Source of the DNA: Bacillota bacterium
GTDB taxonomy: Bacteria > Bacillota > Clostridia > Christensenellales > SZUA-584
DNA length: 64,000 nucleotides
Assembly (NCBI GenBank): GCA_023399095.1
Contig: JAEWQS010000077.1
Span: 2,137-66,136, forward strand
Reading direction: 5' to 3'
In this document: positions 9,768-18,235 of the stretch, piece after piece
How positions within the stretch are numbered: position 1 is the first letter of the stretch
How the letters are laid out: each line of letters starts with the position of its first letter
Program-made: the position numbers and the translations under genes
Notes under the pieces: model-generated
What the model saw: only the letters and a program-made list of their open reading frames with translations
Databases searched by the model: none
Told to the model about the DNA's origin: nothing

Positions 9768-11076
9768 AGGACTTGCGGAAAAACTACAGCATGTATTTTC
9801 GAAGCTGACCAATCGCGGTAAGTTGACCGAGGTGGAAGTCAAAGCGGCACTGCGCGAGGTAAAGCTCGTGCTGCTCGAAGCCGACGTCAACTTTAAGGTG
9901 GTGAAGAGCTTCTTAAACCGCGTGACCGAGCGCGCCATCGGCGAAGAAGTGTTGAAAAGCTTAACGCCCGGTCAGCAGGTTATCAAGATCGTGCGCGAGG
10001 AGCTTGTCAATGAGCTCGGAGAAAAGCACGTCGGTGTGAATTTTTCGTCCAACCCGCCCACCATTGTCATGATGTGCGGTTTGCAGGGCGCGGGCAAAAC
10101 CACGATGTGCGGCAAGCTTGCGAAGCTATGGAAAAAGGACGGCCGCAGTGTGATGCTCGCGGCGCTCGATATATACCGCCCGGCGGCGATACGCCAGCTG
10201 GAGGTGGTGGCCGAAAAGGCGGGGGCAGCGTTCTTCTCACAGGGCACGCAGGACCCCGTGAAGACGGCGAAGCAGGCCGTGGCTGAGGCCAAAAAGAAGC
10301 TGATCGACGTGCTGATACTCGATACGGCAGGTCGGCTGCACATCGACGAAGAGATGATGGATGAGGTCAAACGCATCGCGGCGGCAATGAACCCGCATGA
10401 AAAGCTGCTTGTGGTGGATGCGATGACAGGCCAAGACGCTGTGAACGCAGCGTCGGCTTTCAACGAGAGCCTTGAACTTAACGGCGTGGTTTTAACCAAG
10501 CTGGACGGCGACACACGCGGCGGCGCGGCGATATCCGTCAAATCCGTGACGGGTAAGCCCATCAAGTTCGCGGGCGTCGGTGAAAAGCTTGAGGACGTTG
10601 AGGTATTCCATCCCGATCGTATGGCGGGGCGCATACTTGGTATGGGCGATATGCTCACGCTGATTGAGAAGGCTGAGCAGAATTTTCAGGCCGACAAGGC
10701 AGCGGAGCTTGAAAAGAAGCTGAAAAAAGCCGAGTTTACGCTCGAGGATTTTCTGGAACAGATGGATCAGCTAAAGAACATGGGGAACTTAGGCGATATG
10801 CTCTCGATGATGCCGGGAGGCAGCAAGCTCTCAAATGTGCAGCTGGACGACAAGCAGATGGCACGCACCGGAGCGATTATCAAATCCATGACGCCCGAGG
10901 AACGGCGCAAACCGAATATCATCGGGGGCAGCCGCAAGAAACGCATCGCGGCAGGCAGCGGCACCAAGGTGCAGGATGTCAACAGACTGCTCACACAGTT
11001 TGAGCAGATGACAAAGCTCATGAAGAGCATGACAGGCAAACACGGAAGAAAGGGGCTCAAAAACTTTGGATTCTAG
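9757..11076 (+). CDS. ffh: signal recognition particle protein Ffh
   Basis: 439 aa with GLQGAGKTT, DTAGR, TKLDGD motifs and a Met-rich M domain. Confidence 0.95.
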   Translation: MAFEGLAEKLQHVFSKLTNRGKLTEVEVKAALREVKLVLLEADVNFKVVKSFLNRVTERAIGEEVLKSLTPGQQVIKIVREELVNELGEKHVGVNFSSNPPTIVMMCGLQGAGKTTMCGKLAKLWKKDGRSVMLAALDIYRPAAIRQLEVVAEKAGAAFFSQGTQDPVKTAKQAVAEAKKKLIDVLILDTAGRLHIDEEMMDEVKRIAAAMNPHEKLLVVDAMTGQDAVNAASAFNESLELNGVVLTKLDGDTRGGAAISVKSVTGKPIKFAGVGEKLEDVEVFHPDRMAGRILGMGDMLTLIEKAEQNFQADKAAELEKKLKKAEFTLEDFLEQMDQLKNMGNLGDMLSMMPGGSKLSNVQLDDKQMARTGAIIKSMTPEERRKPNIIGGSRKKRIAAGSGTKVQDVNRLLTQFEQMTKLMKSMTGKHGRKGLKNFGF

Positions 11077-11145
11077 GCCTTGAGTCAGCAACCAAAGTGT
11101 TTAAAAAAGCCCGTTCTGATACATATTAAATTTTTGGAGGAAATT

Positions 11146-11385
11146 ATGGCGGTAAAAATTAGACTGAAGAGAATCGGTGCGAAGAAGAAGCCTTTCTACA
11201 GAATCGTTGTTGCGGATGCGCGTGCTCCCCGTGACGGTCGTTTTGTAGAAGAGATTGGGAACTATGATCCGATGTCCAAAAAGCTCGTTGTTGACGGCGA
11301 CAAGGCCGTGGATTGGATTAAAAACGGTGCGCAGCCGACCGAAACAGTCAGGTCGCTTCTCAAGAAAAACGGCGTCCTGAAATAG
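11146..11385 (+). CDS. rpsP: 30S ribosomal protein S16
   Basis: [22 protein letters not shown]; GGAGG RBS 7 nt upstream. The upstream extension in the ORF track is rejected. Confidence 0.95.
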   Translation: MAVKIRLKRIGAKKKPFYRIVVADARAPRDGRFVEEIGNYDPMSKKLVVDGDKAVDWIKNGAQPTETVRSLLKKNGVLK

Positions 11386-11388
11386 GAG

Positions 11389-11631
11389 ATGAATATGCTT
11401 GAGCTGGTTAAATACGTAGCCGAGTCATTGGTTGACAACCCGTCCGAGGTGAAGGTCAAGCAAGTCGAGGGCGACAAAACCATTGTGCTCGAACTCAGCG
11501 TGGCGCGTGAAGATATGGGCAAGGTGATCGGCAAGCAGGGCCGCATTGCCAAGGCGATTCGCTCTGTGGTTAAAGCGGCTTCTGCAAAGTCGCGCAAAAA
11601 GTACGTTGTCGAGATTGTGGAGCATGATTGA
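11389..11631 (+). CDS. KH-domain RNA-binding protein (YlqC-like)
   Basis: 80 aa with GKVIGKQGRIAKAIR KH motif. Conserved position between rpsP and rimM. Confidence 0.85.
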   Translation: MNMLELVKYVAESLVDNPSEVKVKQVEGDKTIVLELSVAREDMGKVIGKQGRIAKAIRSVVKAASAKSRKKYVVEIVEHD

Positions 11632-12136
11632 AATTGCACGCATACTAAAGCCGCATGGTATTCGGGGAGACTCAAAGGTCAGGCTGTTTTCGGAAAACCT
11701 TGACGCCTTCGCCGAACGCGGTTTTGCTTATATCAAAAAGAACAGCGACTATCAGCGCACCGCTTATACGGCGGTGCGTATTGACGCGCCCTTTGTTTAT
11801 GTGCATTTTGACGGTGTGGATACGAGAAACGATGCGGAAGCGCTGACAGGCACCACGCTTTATCTGCGTCGGGAAGATCTTGACGTTCCGGACGAAGGTG
11901 AACACTATATCATTGATCTCATCGGTCTAAAGATCGTTGACGATGATGGAAATGAGCTGGGAACCCTCAAAGAGATTTTGCAGCACGGCGCGGCAGATGT
12001 TTATGTGGTGGGCGGCAAAAAGAGCTTCATGTTTCCAGCACTTAAACGCGTGATTCTCAATATCGATATGGAAAAGGGCATGATAAGCGTGAACGCTGCG
12101 GCACTGGCCGAGGTGGCCGTTTATGACGACTTATAA
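11624..12136 (+). CDS. rimM: 16S rRNA processing protein RimM
   Basis: MIEIARILKPHGIRG start at 11624 (ATGA-type overlap with the KH gene); PRC-barrel C-terminus. Confidence 0.9.
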   Translation: MIEIARILKPHGIRGDSKVRLFSENLDAFAERGFAYIKKNSDYQRTAYTAVRIDAPFVYVHFDGVDTRNDAEALTGTTLYLRREDLDVPDEGEHYIIDLIGLKIVDDDGNELGTLKEILQHGAADVYVVGGKKSFMFPALKRVILNIDMEKGMISVNAAALAEVAVYDDL

Positions 12137-12857
12137 CGTATTGACTCTGTTCCCCGAGATGTTCGAGTCGGTCTGCGCGGCCAGTATATGGGCGCGAGCC
12201 ATCAAAGCGGGACATATCGCTGTCAAAACGGTGAACATTCGCGATTGGACGACGGATAAGCACCACCGCGCTGACGACTATCCTTTGGGCGGCGGCGTGG
12301 GTATGGTGATGAAGCCTGAACCAGTGGACGCATGCTTCAAGGATGTGATGAGCAGTTGTGAAGCGCCTTGCCTCAACATCTATATGTCACCCTGCGGAAA
12401 AACGCTGTCACATTCGCTTGTGACGGAGCTGGCACAGTACCAAAGCCTCAACATCCTCTGCGGCCACTACGAAGGTGTGGACGCGCGCGTGCTCAAACGC
12501 CACATCGATATTGAGGTGTCGATAGGGGATTATGTGCTGACGGGCGGTGAGCTTGCAGCCATGGTACTGATCGATGCGTGCATCCGCCACGTAGACGGTG
12601 TGCTGGGGAACGGCGAGTCGGCGGTAGGAGAATCGTTTGCTAACGCGCTGCTCGAATACCCGCAGTATACGCGCCCTGCCGTTTACGACGGCGAAGCGGT
12701 GCCCGAGGTGCTGCTATCCGGCCATCATGCAAATGTGGACGCATACAGACGGCGCATGTCACTTAAAGAAACCGCTTTTCGGCGGCCCGACCTGCTTTCC
12801 AAGGCGAGGCTCACACAAAAGGATATCGACATCATCACAAGTCAAGACGACGAATAG
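12123..12857 (+). CDS. trmD: tRNA (guanine37-N1)-methyltransferase
   Basis: 244 aa. VLTLFPEMF N-terminus and GHYEGVDARV, VLTGGELAAMVLIDA motifs. Confidence 0.95.
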   Translation: MTTYNVLTLFPEMFESVCAASIWARAIKAGHIAVKTVNIRDWTTDKHHRADDYPLGGGVGMVMKPEPVDACFKDVMSSCEAPCLNIYMSPCGKTLSHSLVTELAQYQSLNILCGHYEGVDARVLKRHIDIEVSIGDYVLTGGELAAMVLIDACIRHVDGVLGNGESAVGESFANALLEYPQYTRPAVYDGEAVPEVLLSGHHANVDAYRRRMSLKETAFRRPDLLSKARLTQKDIDIITSQDDE

Positions 12858-12956
12858 CCCGCGCAAGCGGCGGCCTGAGAAAACGGTGCACTTGGCAAAC
12901 TATTCGATGCGCTTGCAAGCGCAAGCGGTAAAATGCCTTTATAGGGCTAAAGCTTA

Positions 12957-12987
12957 CCACTGGCTGACCGGTGGTCCTGATTTTGTT
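12957..12987 (+). terminator. possible terminator after trmD
   Basis: CCACTGG-CTGA-CCGGTGG stem (one wobble) followed by a T-rich tail. Confidence 0.45.
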
Positions 12988-13019
12988 AATAAAATGTGAA
13001 AATAATCCCTCTTATACTC

Positions 13020-13047
13020 TTGACATGAATCGTAAATTATATATAAT
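13020..13047 (+). promoter_or_regulatory. sigma-A-type promoter for tRNA-Asn
   Basis: TTGACA-N16-TATAAT ending about 19 nt before the tRNA 5' end. Confidence 0.5.
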
Positions 13048-13065
13048 AAAAAATCGGAAAACCGT

Positions 13066-13140
13066 TCCTCAGTAGCTCAGCGGTAGAGCATTCGGCTGTT
13101 AACCGAAGGGTCGTTGGTTCAAACCCAACCTGGGGAGCCA
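13066..13140 (+). tRNA. tRNA-Asn (anticodon GTT), CCA encoded
   Basis: Manual cloverleaf: acceptor TCCTCAG/CTGGGGA, D stem GCTC/GAGC, anticodon stem TTCGG/CCGAA with loop CTGTTAA, T stem GTTGG/CCAAC with loop TTCAAAC, discriminator G, CCA. Confidence 0.95.
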
Positions 13141-13143
13141 CAA

Positions 13144-13172
13144 GCTCAAGGCATAAAACCTTGGGCTTTTTT
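13144..13172 (+). terminator. rho-independent terminator after tRNA-Asn
   Basis: GCTCAAGG / CCTTGGGC stem followed by T6. Confidence 0.75.
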
Positions 13173-13223
13173 AATTCCTTTTCGCTAATGGGTAATACAT
13201 ATAAGTAAAATGATAATAAATTA

Positions 13224-13252
13224 TTGAAAAACAATAAATTATATGTTATAAT
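13224..13252 (+). promoter_or_regulatory. sigma-A-type promoter for the exosortase-like operon
   Basis: TTGAAA-N17-TATAAT in a very AT-rich spacer. Confidence 0.5.
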
Positions 13253-13315
13253 TACCAAAACAATGAGCGGAACAATTCGTTTTTTCAAGTAGCTTCGAGC
13301 TTCTTATAGGAGTCA

Positions 13316-13837
13316 ATGTACGTGAATTTAAAAAGACAGAAAACTGATTATATCAATATCCTTTTCGCAGCTTTCGCGATTGCTTTTAGCGTACTGTTCA
13401 TTCTCGCATATAATATGGCCAATGATAAAGCTATAGCGTTGCTGCTTTCACCCCATGCGATGTTCACAGAGCTCTTCTACAATATCAATCTGACCTATGT
13501 TGAAAATGTCGGTTACATAGGGCTTGGCACTGCCTTTATTATCGCAAAAGATTGCTTTGGTGTTTATTTTGTTGCGATGCTATTTTGTATGTTTGTGTGC
13601 GGTTTTGTGAAACAATTCAGTAGCGTCAAAAAGCTGTATTGGTGTGGATTTTCGTTTGTTTTGGCGGTGGTTGTGGGCGTTCTGGTCAGTTGTATGCGAA
13701 TCATAGGCTCTATACCTTTTGTATCTTCAGAAAAGTTTTCAACACTGCATACGGGAATAGGCGCTGTTTTGTATTTGCTTACGCTGATCTCTAGTTACGC
13801 CATCTTAAGAAATATTTTAAGGAGACAAAAAACGTGA
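13316..13837 (+). CDS. exosortase/archaeosortase-like polytopic membrane protein (putative sorting transpeptidase)
   Basis: 173 aa with about 5-6 TM helices. Ordered candidate triad: Cys80 (IIAKDCFG, TGC 13553-13555), Arg128 (SCMRIIG, CGA 13697-13699), His145 (STLHTGIG, CAT 13748-13750). Stop overlaps the start of the next gene. Start could be GTG 13322. Confidence 0.6.
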   Translation: MYVNLKRQKTDYINILFAAFAIAFSVLFILAYNMANDKAIALLLSPHAMFTELFYNINLTYVENVGYIGLGTAFIIAKDCFGVYFVAMLFCMFVCGFVKQFSSVKKLYWCGFSFVLAVVVGVLVSCMRIIGSIPFVSSEKFSTLHTGIGAVLYLLTLISSYAILRNILRRQKT

Positions 13838-16506
13838 AAATAAGCAAACAATCAATTGGCTTTTTGTGTGTCGTAACACTGCCTCAATTACTGCTGTCAG
13901 TTCTTTTTGCTTTGCTGCTGCTTCAAAAACCAAATGAAGTGGCTGGATGGGTGCTTGCAGCCTCACTGGTCGCAAATGTGTTTTTTACTGTCTACGTGTT
14001 TATTAAAGGCAAAACTCAAAGCCTGTCTATGCGCTTTCATATGTTGCTGGCTTGTACTTACGCCGCGATGCTCATCGGGGGCATGGTTTTGCTTGAAGAC
14101 AGCAGCCTATGGGGGGTTATGAGCGTGCGCCTTACGGCATTGCTTATTGATTCCGCTGCGGTTATTTACGCCTTATTTCAAATTGCAAATCGTACATCCG
14201 CCGATATCTCAAAGCAGATCGTCGCTTTGGTGGCCGTGCCGCTTATTTGGTTGTTTGCTTACAACATTCTGAGCGGTGCCCGTCTAGATACAGCTGTCAT
14301 GATACTGATTGTTTTGGGCGGCATTGTCATGGCGTATCTTATCATCAAGATAATATTGGTGAAACGACAGGAGAAGATCGAGTCTGGACAAAGGCCAAAA
14401 AGGCTGGCGCTTTATATCATATTCTCCTTGGTGTTACCGATAGCCGGGCTGACACTTAACGTCAGCATGGATAACCTTTTCGGCGATTTTTCTGATCCTC
14501 TTTTCTTTTTCGTTCCTTTTATTAACGGTGTTTTGCTGATCGTACCGCCGCCGTCGGAGAAACGGCTGCGGCTGCTTCGCTTTTTCATTATAGCTGCCGC
14601 AACAACGTATTTGCTCTATTTCTTCATTGCGTTTTTGCCGTACATGCCGATTGGTTTTCTTGGCTTGGCGATTGTGCTTGGGGCATTGGTTTTTGCACCG
14701 GCAGCTGCACTTGTTATGCAAATCATTTATCTGATTCAAGAGTGGAAGGCAGTTTCCGTTCTTTGGGGTACCATTCGGTTGACGGCTGTTTTTGTTGCCG
14801 GGCTTGTTTTGCTGCCGATACTGGTGCTCACAAGCTATCTGGGAGATCGTGTAAATCTCGAAAAAGCGATAGCATACACTGAGCAGGATATCAGTGTAAA
14901 TGGTGAGATCATTGATTTTGGCCGACTGGACAGAGCACTTGATAACGCGGATGCCGTTGAAGAGAAGGATCGGTTTTTTGATATGCGAGTAGCAGACAAC
15001 ACGCCGATTCTGTCTTCAATCTATGCTCATTTGGTTCTGGACAGCCGTATCCTTGCAAACGACCGGCTGGAGAAACTGCGAATGGCTTTCTTTGGGGAGT
15101 ATCCTGAGCAGGGTTTTGCGAACGGTTTGACGACAGATATGGAGATGCCGCAGGTTAAGCTCAAGGATATATCAACTCAAACGACATTTGACAATACAAC
15201 AGGCATTTTTCGAACATGGGTGAATATCACCCTGCAGGGGCCCAAAAACGGATGGAATGAGGAATACGTCACAGAGTTTGCGCTGCCCGAAGGCGCATAC
15301 ATCAGCGACTATTACCTTGATGTATTTGGCACGAAGAAGATGGGTATTTTGGCAGACCAAAGAGCTGCCATGTGGCTTTATAATGATATCGTTGTGCAAA
15401 CACCTGCACAGGACCCCGGCTTGCTTCACTATACGGGAGACCGGACAATTGAACTGAGGGTTTATCCGTTTAACGGAGATGAGCCGCGTTATACCGGCTT
15501 TGAAATCATCCACAACGAAACGGCAACGATACGAATTGATGGGGAAGAGGTACTGCTGTCGGCTCCGCCGCAGACCCGGCTGAAGGAAATGGAACACGCT
15601 GTGCTGATACCCGGAGCGGTGAAAGACGGGCTGCCGGTGGCTCAGGAGAGACCGCGCCGGTATTACTTCATCGTCGATTGCTCTAAAGACAGCGACATTG
15701 ACGATCAGCTATACCGCATCGAAGATTATGCTCAAGGTAAAGGGATTTTAGATGCGACGGTTATTTTTGCGACATATAAAACCAACACATGCCGTTTGAA
15801 AAATGCCGATTCGGTTAACATCACGCCCCAGAGCGGTTTTAATCTTGCGTTGGCAGTCAAGTCAATTCTGATACAAAACGGAGACGACAGTGTGCCGGTT
15901 ATACTATTCACGTCCGATAACCCTGCTCTGGCGCTGATTCCGAAAAATGTAACGGTTCTTGCGGCTCAGTATCCGGAAAGCGATTATTACTATCGATTAA
16001 ACGCTGACGAAACGCTAAACGGTTATGATTTTGAAACAGGAAAAAATGTTGGAAAGATGAACCAGCCACTCATATCACAAGCGCGGATGTATAACGGTGT
16101 GAGGGTGCGGGATGACAGCCAAACTCAAATCTTACCTAACGATTCCGTTGATTTTATGGATATGGAGATTTCGGGTAACGAATACGAGCAGGCTGTTATG
16201 CTGGACATAGCGGCGAGAAACGGTGGAGCGCAGAACGCAGCGCAGTCACTCAAACTGCTGCGTGCAAGCTTCAAGGCGGGCATTTTAACACCGCAGACAG
16301 CGTTTATCGTTGTGGAAACGCAGGCGCAGGAAGTCGATCTTCTTGCGAAGCAGCAGCAATTGATCAAGGAGGACAAAGAACTGATAAAAGAACAGAATGC
16401 TGTGAAATCTCTGGATGAGCCGTCAGCCTTGGTATGCGCGTTTATCGCCTTGCTTGGCCTCTCTTTGGTAAAACTGTGGAAAAGAAACAGAACAGAAACT
16501 CGTTGA
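13834..16506 (+). CDS. 890-aa polytopic membrane protein with VIT-like and vWA-like regions and a C-terminal PEP-CTERM-style (DEP-TM-KRNR) sorting tail
   Basis: GTG start in a GTGA overlap, AAGGAGA RBS. About 11 hydrophobic helices in aa 1-340. VIT-like stretch FALPEGAYISDYYLDVFGTK...DPGLLHY...IELRVYPF. vWA-like YYFIVDCSKDSD. Tail LDEPSALVCAFIALLGLSLVKLWKRNRTETR. Confidence 0.65.
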   Translation: MKISKQSIGFLCVVTLPQLLLSVLFALLLLQKPNEVAGWVLAASLVANVFFTVYVFIKGKTQSLSMRFHMLLACTYAAMLIGGMVLLEDSSLWGVMSVRLTALLIDSAAVIYALFQIANRTSADISKQIVALVAVPLIWLFAYNILSGARLDTAVMILIVLGGIVMAYLIIKIILVKRQEKIESGQRPKRLALYIIFSLVLPIAGLTLNVSMDNLFGDFSDPLFFFVPFINGVLLIVPPPSEKRLRLLRFFIIAAATTYLLYFFIAFLPYMPIGFLGLAIVLGALVFAPAAALVMQIIYLIQEWKAVSVLWGTIRLTAVFVAGLVLLPILVLTSYLGDRVNLEKAIAYTEQDISVNGEIIDFGRLDRALDNADAVEEKDRFFDMRVADNTPILSSIYAHLVLDSRILANDRLEKLRMAFFGEYPEQGFANGLTTDMEMPQVKLKDISTQTTFDNTTGIFRTWVNITLQGPKNGWNEEYVTEFALPEGAYISDYYLDVFGTKKMGILADQRAAMWLYNDIVVQTPAQDPGLLHYTGDRTIELRVYPFNGDEPRYTGFEIIHNETATIRIDGEEVLLSAPPQTRLKEMEHAVLIPGAVKDGLPVAQERPRRYYFIVDCSKDSDIDDQLYRIEDYAQGKGILDATVIFATYKTNTCRLKNADSVNITPQSGFNLALAVKSILIQNGDDSVPVILFTSDNPALALIPKNVTVLAAQYPESDYYYRLNADETLNGYDFETGKNVGKMNQPLISQARMYNGVRVRDDSQTQILPNDSVDFMDMEISGNEYEQAVMLDIAARNGGAQNAAQSLKLLRASFKAGILTPQTAFIVVETQAQEVDLLAKQQQLIKEDKELIKEQNAVKSLDEPSALVCAFIALLGLSLVKLWKRNRTETR

Positions 16507-16799
16507 TTAAATGCAAAGACATAGCCAAGAAAAGGCTTTATCAGTGTTGATAAGTGGATTTCAATACGATGATAAGAGTTTTTAACGTGGGGTTTATCCG
16601 CTGCTTCATCAATCGCTTACGCTCATGGGAAGACATATGTCCCTTGATTAACACTTTGGCATAGCCGTAAACAGCTGTGCCTTTTTCATTTAGTATAACC
16701 CGTACTCATTTGATTCAATGTCACTATTGACAATATATAAGGCATATAATAAAATACATATGACCAATATAGTAAAAACAGTCACAGGAGATTAGACTT

Positions 16800-17387
16800 A
16801 TGTCGCCTAAAGCATTTTCTGAAGAAGAAAAAGCATTGGTTCGCAACAAGCTTATTGAAGAAGCCAAAGAATGTCTTGCTACAACAGGTATCAAAAAAAC
16901 GACGGTTGAAGAGCTAAGCCGGGCAGCAGGCATATCCAAGGGCGCATTCTATATGTTCTATGACAGCAAAGAAATACTTTTTCTTGATGCGCTGGAATCG
17001 ATTCAGATAAAAATACACGACACGCTGATCAGTGAAGTGAAGCGACATAAAAACAAGAGGAGTAGTTTTATCCAAGTTATAAAAAGGATGTTTTTAGATT
17101 TTCGCCCTATACTCAATGTGCTTTCAAACGACGAATATGAAATCCTGCTGAGGCGAGTCCCGCAGGAGCGAATCAAACAGCATATAGAGATAGACGATAA
17201 GGCATCACGGCTTTTTTCAGAACAAATCAGCGGAAATAGAGTTAATCCGGAGCTTTTATCGGCTGCACTGCGTATGCTGATGCTGGGCATGCTGCATCAA
17301 AACGAAGTCGGTTCCCATGCCGAGGAAGCTTTTGACTACCTGCTCGAAGCTGTCGCTGATAAAATATTTTCGGAGGATCAAAAATGA
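16800..17387 (+). CDS. TetR/AcrR-family transcriptional regulator
   Basis: 195 aa with N-terminal HTH TTVEELSRAAGISKGAFYMFY. Confidence 0.85.
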   Translation: MSPKAFSEEEKALVRNKLIEEAKECLATTGIKKTTVEELSRAAGISKGAFYMFYDSKEILFLDALESIQIKIHDTLISEVKRHKNKRSSFIQVIKRMFLDFRPILNVLSNDEYEILLRRVPQERIKQHIEIDDKASRLFSEQISGNRVNPELLSAALRMLMLGMLHQNEVGSHAEEAFDYLLEAVADKIFSEDQK

Positions 17388-18235
17388 TTAGCGTAGATAA
17401 TCTGCATTTCACGTATCCAAGCGCCAAACAGGAAACGCTTAAAGGAATGAGCTTCTCGGCAGATAAGGGTGAGATATTCGGCTTCTTAGGGCCATCAGGA
17501 GCGGGTAAGAGCACGGCTCAAAAGATACTCACAGGCATACTCAAGGGCTATTCCGGCAGCGTCAAGGTGTTTGGAGGAGAGGTGCGGCTCAAAAAGCGTG
17601 ATTATTATGAACGCATCGGCGTGGCGATGGAAGTGCCGAATCTATACGGTAAGTTCACCGCGCTGGAGAACCTTCGTTACTTTGCGTCGCTTTATCAATC
17701 ACCTTGCGAGGACGCCATTAAGCTCATGGAAAGGCTGGAACTCGAGCAGGACATAAACACACGTGTATCAGGCTACTCAAAGGGAATGAAGATGAGACTC
17801 AATTTTATTCGCGCCCTCATGCATCGGCCGGACATATTGTTTCTGGATGAACCAACGGCGGGTCTTGATCCGACACGTTCTCGCATTATCAAAGATATGG
17901 TGTTGGAGCAAAAGGAGAAAGGGCGAACCGTTCTGCTGACCACGCACGACATGCATCTGGCCGAGGAGCTTTGTGACCGCGTCGCTTTCATCATAGATGG
18001 CACGATCAAGATGATGGATACGCCGATGAACCTGCGTTTGCGCGCGGGAGACAGACGCGTGCGTTACACATGGTTAGAGGGTAAACGCCGTGAGACGGTA
18101 ATACCACTGCACAGTCTCAAAGATGATGCACAATTCTTGTCATTGCTCAAGCAGGATAAAATTGAAACGGTGCATACGCTTGAGCCTTCGTTGGAGGACT
18201 TGTTTATTGAAGTGACGGGGAGGAGTCTGACATGA
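17384..18235 (+). CDS. ABC transporter ATP-binding protein
   Basis: Walker A GPSGAGKST, signature YSKGMKMR, Walker B ILFLDEPT. ATGA overlap with the tetR-like gene. Confidence 0.9.
   Translation: MISVDNLHFTYPSAKQETLKGMSFSADKGEIFGFLGPSGAGKSTAQKILTGILKGYSGSVKVFGGEVRLKKRDYYERIGVAMEVPNLYGKFTALENLRYFASLYQSPCEDAIKLMERLELEQDINTRVSGYSKGMKMRLNFIRALMHRPDILFLDEPTAGLDPTRSRIIKDMVLEQKEKGRTVLLTTHDMHLAEELCDRVAFIIDGTIKMMDTPMNLRLRAGDRRVRYTWLEGKRRETVIPLHSLKDDAQFLSLLKQDKIETVHTLEPSLEDLFIEVTGRSLT

Noticed and set aside
11080-11145. Upstream extension of the rpsP ORF, and similar 5' extensions at 11546 (rimM), 18873 (permease), 25629 (MFS), 45033 (esterase), 47233 (zinc-ribbon protein) and 53236-53322 (asd)
   Set aside because: Internal starts with proper RBSs reproduce the conserved N-termini or give operon-style stop/start overlaps. 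The extensions run through terminators, upstream genes or leaders.
13037-13288. 83-aa minus-strand ORF
   Set aside because: It spans the tRNA-Asn gene and its terminator on the opposite strand. It is an AT-rich open frame by chance.
16507-16799. Possible gene remnant or mobile-element scar at the right edge of the islet. The minus-strand frame reads ...EKGTAVYGYAKVLIKGHMSSHERKRLMKQRINPTLKTLIIVLKSTYQH*
   Set aside because: It is short, has no recognisable family motif and no start or RBS. It cannot be distinguished from random open frame without a database search.
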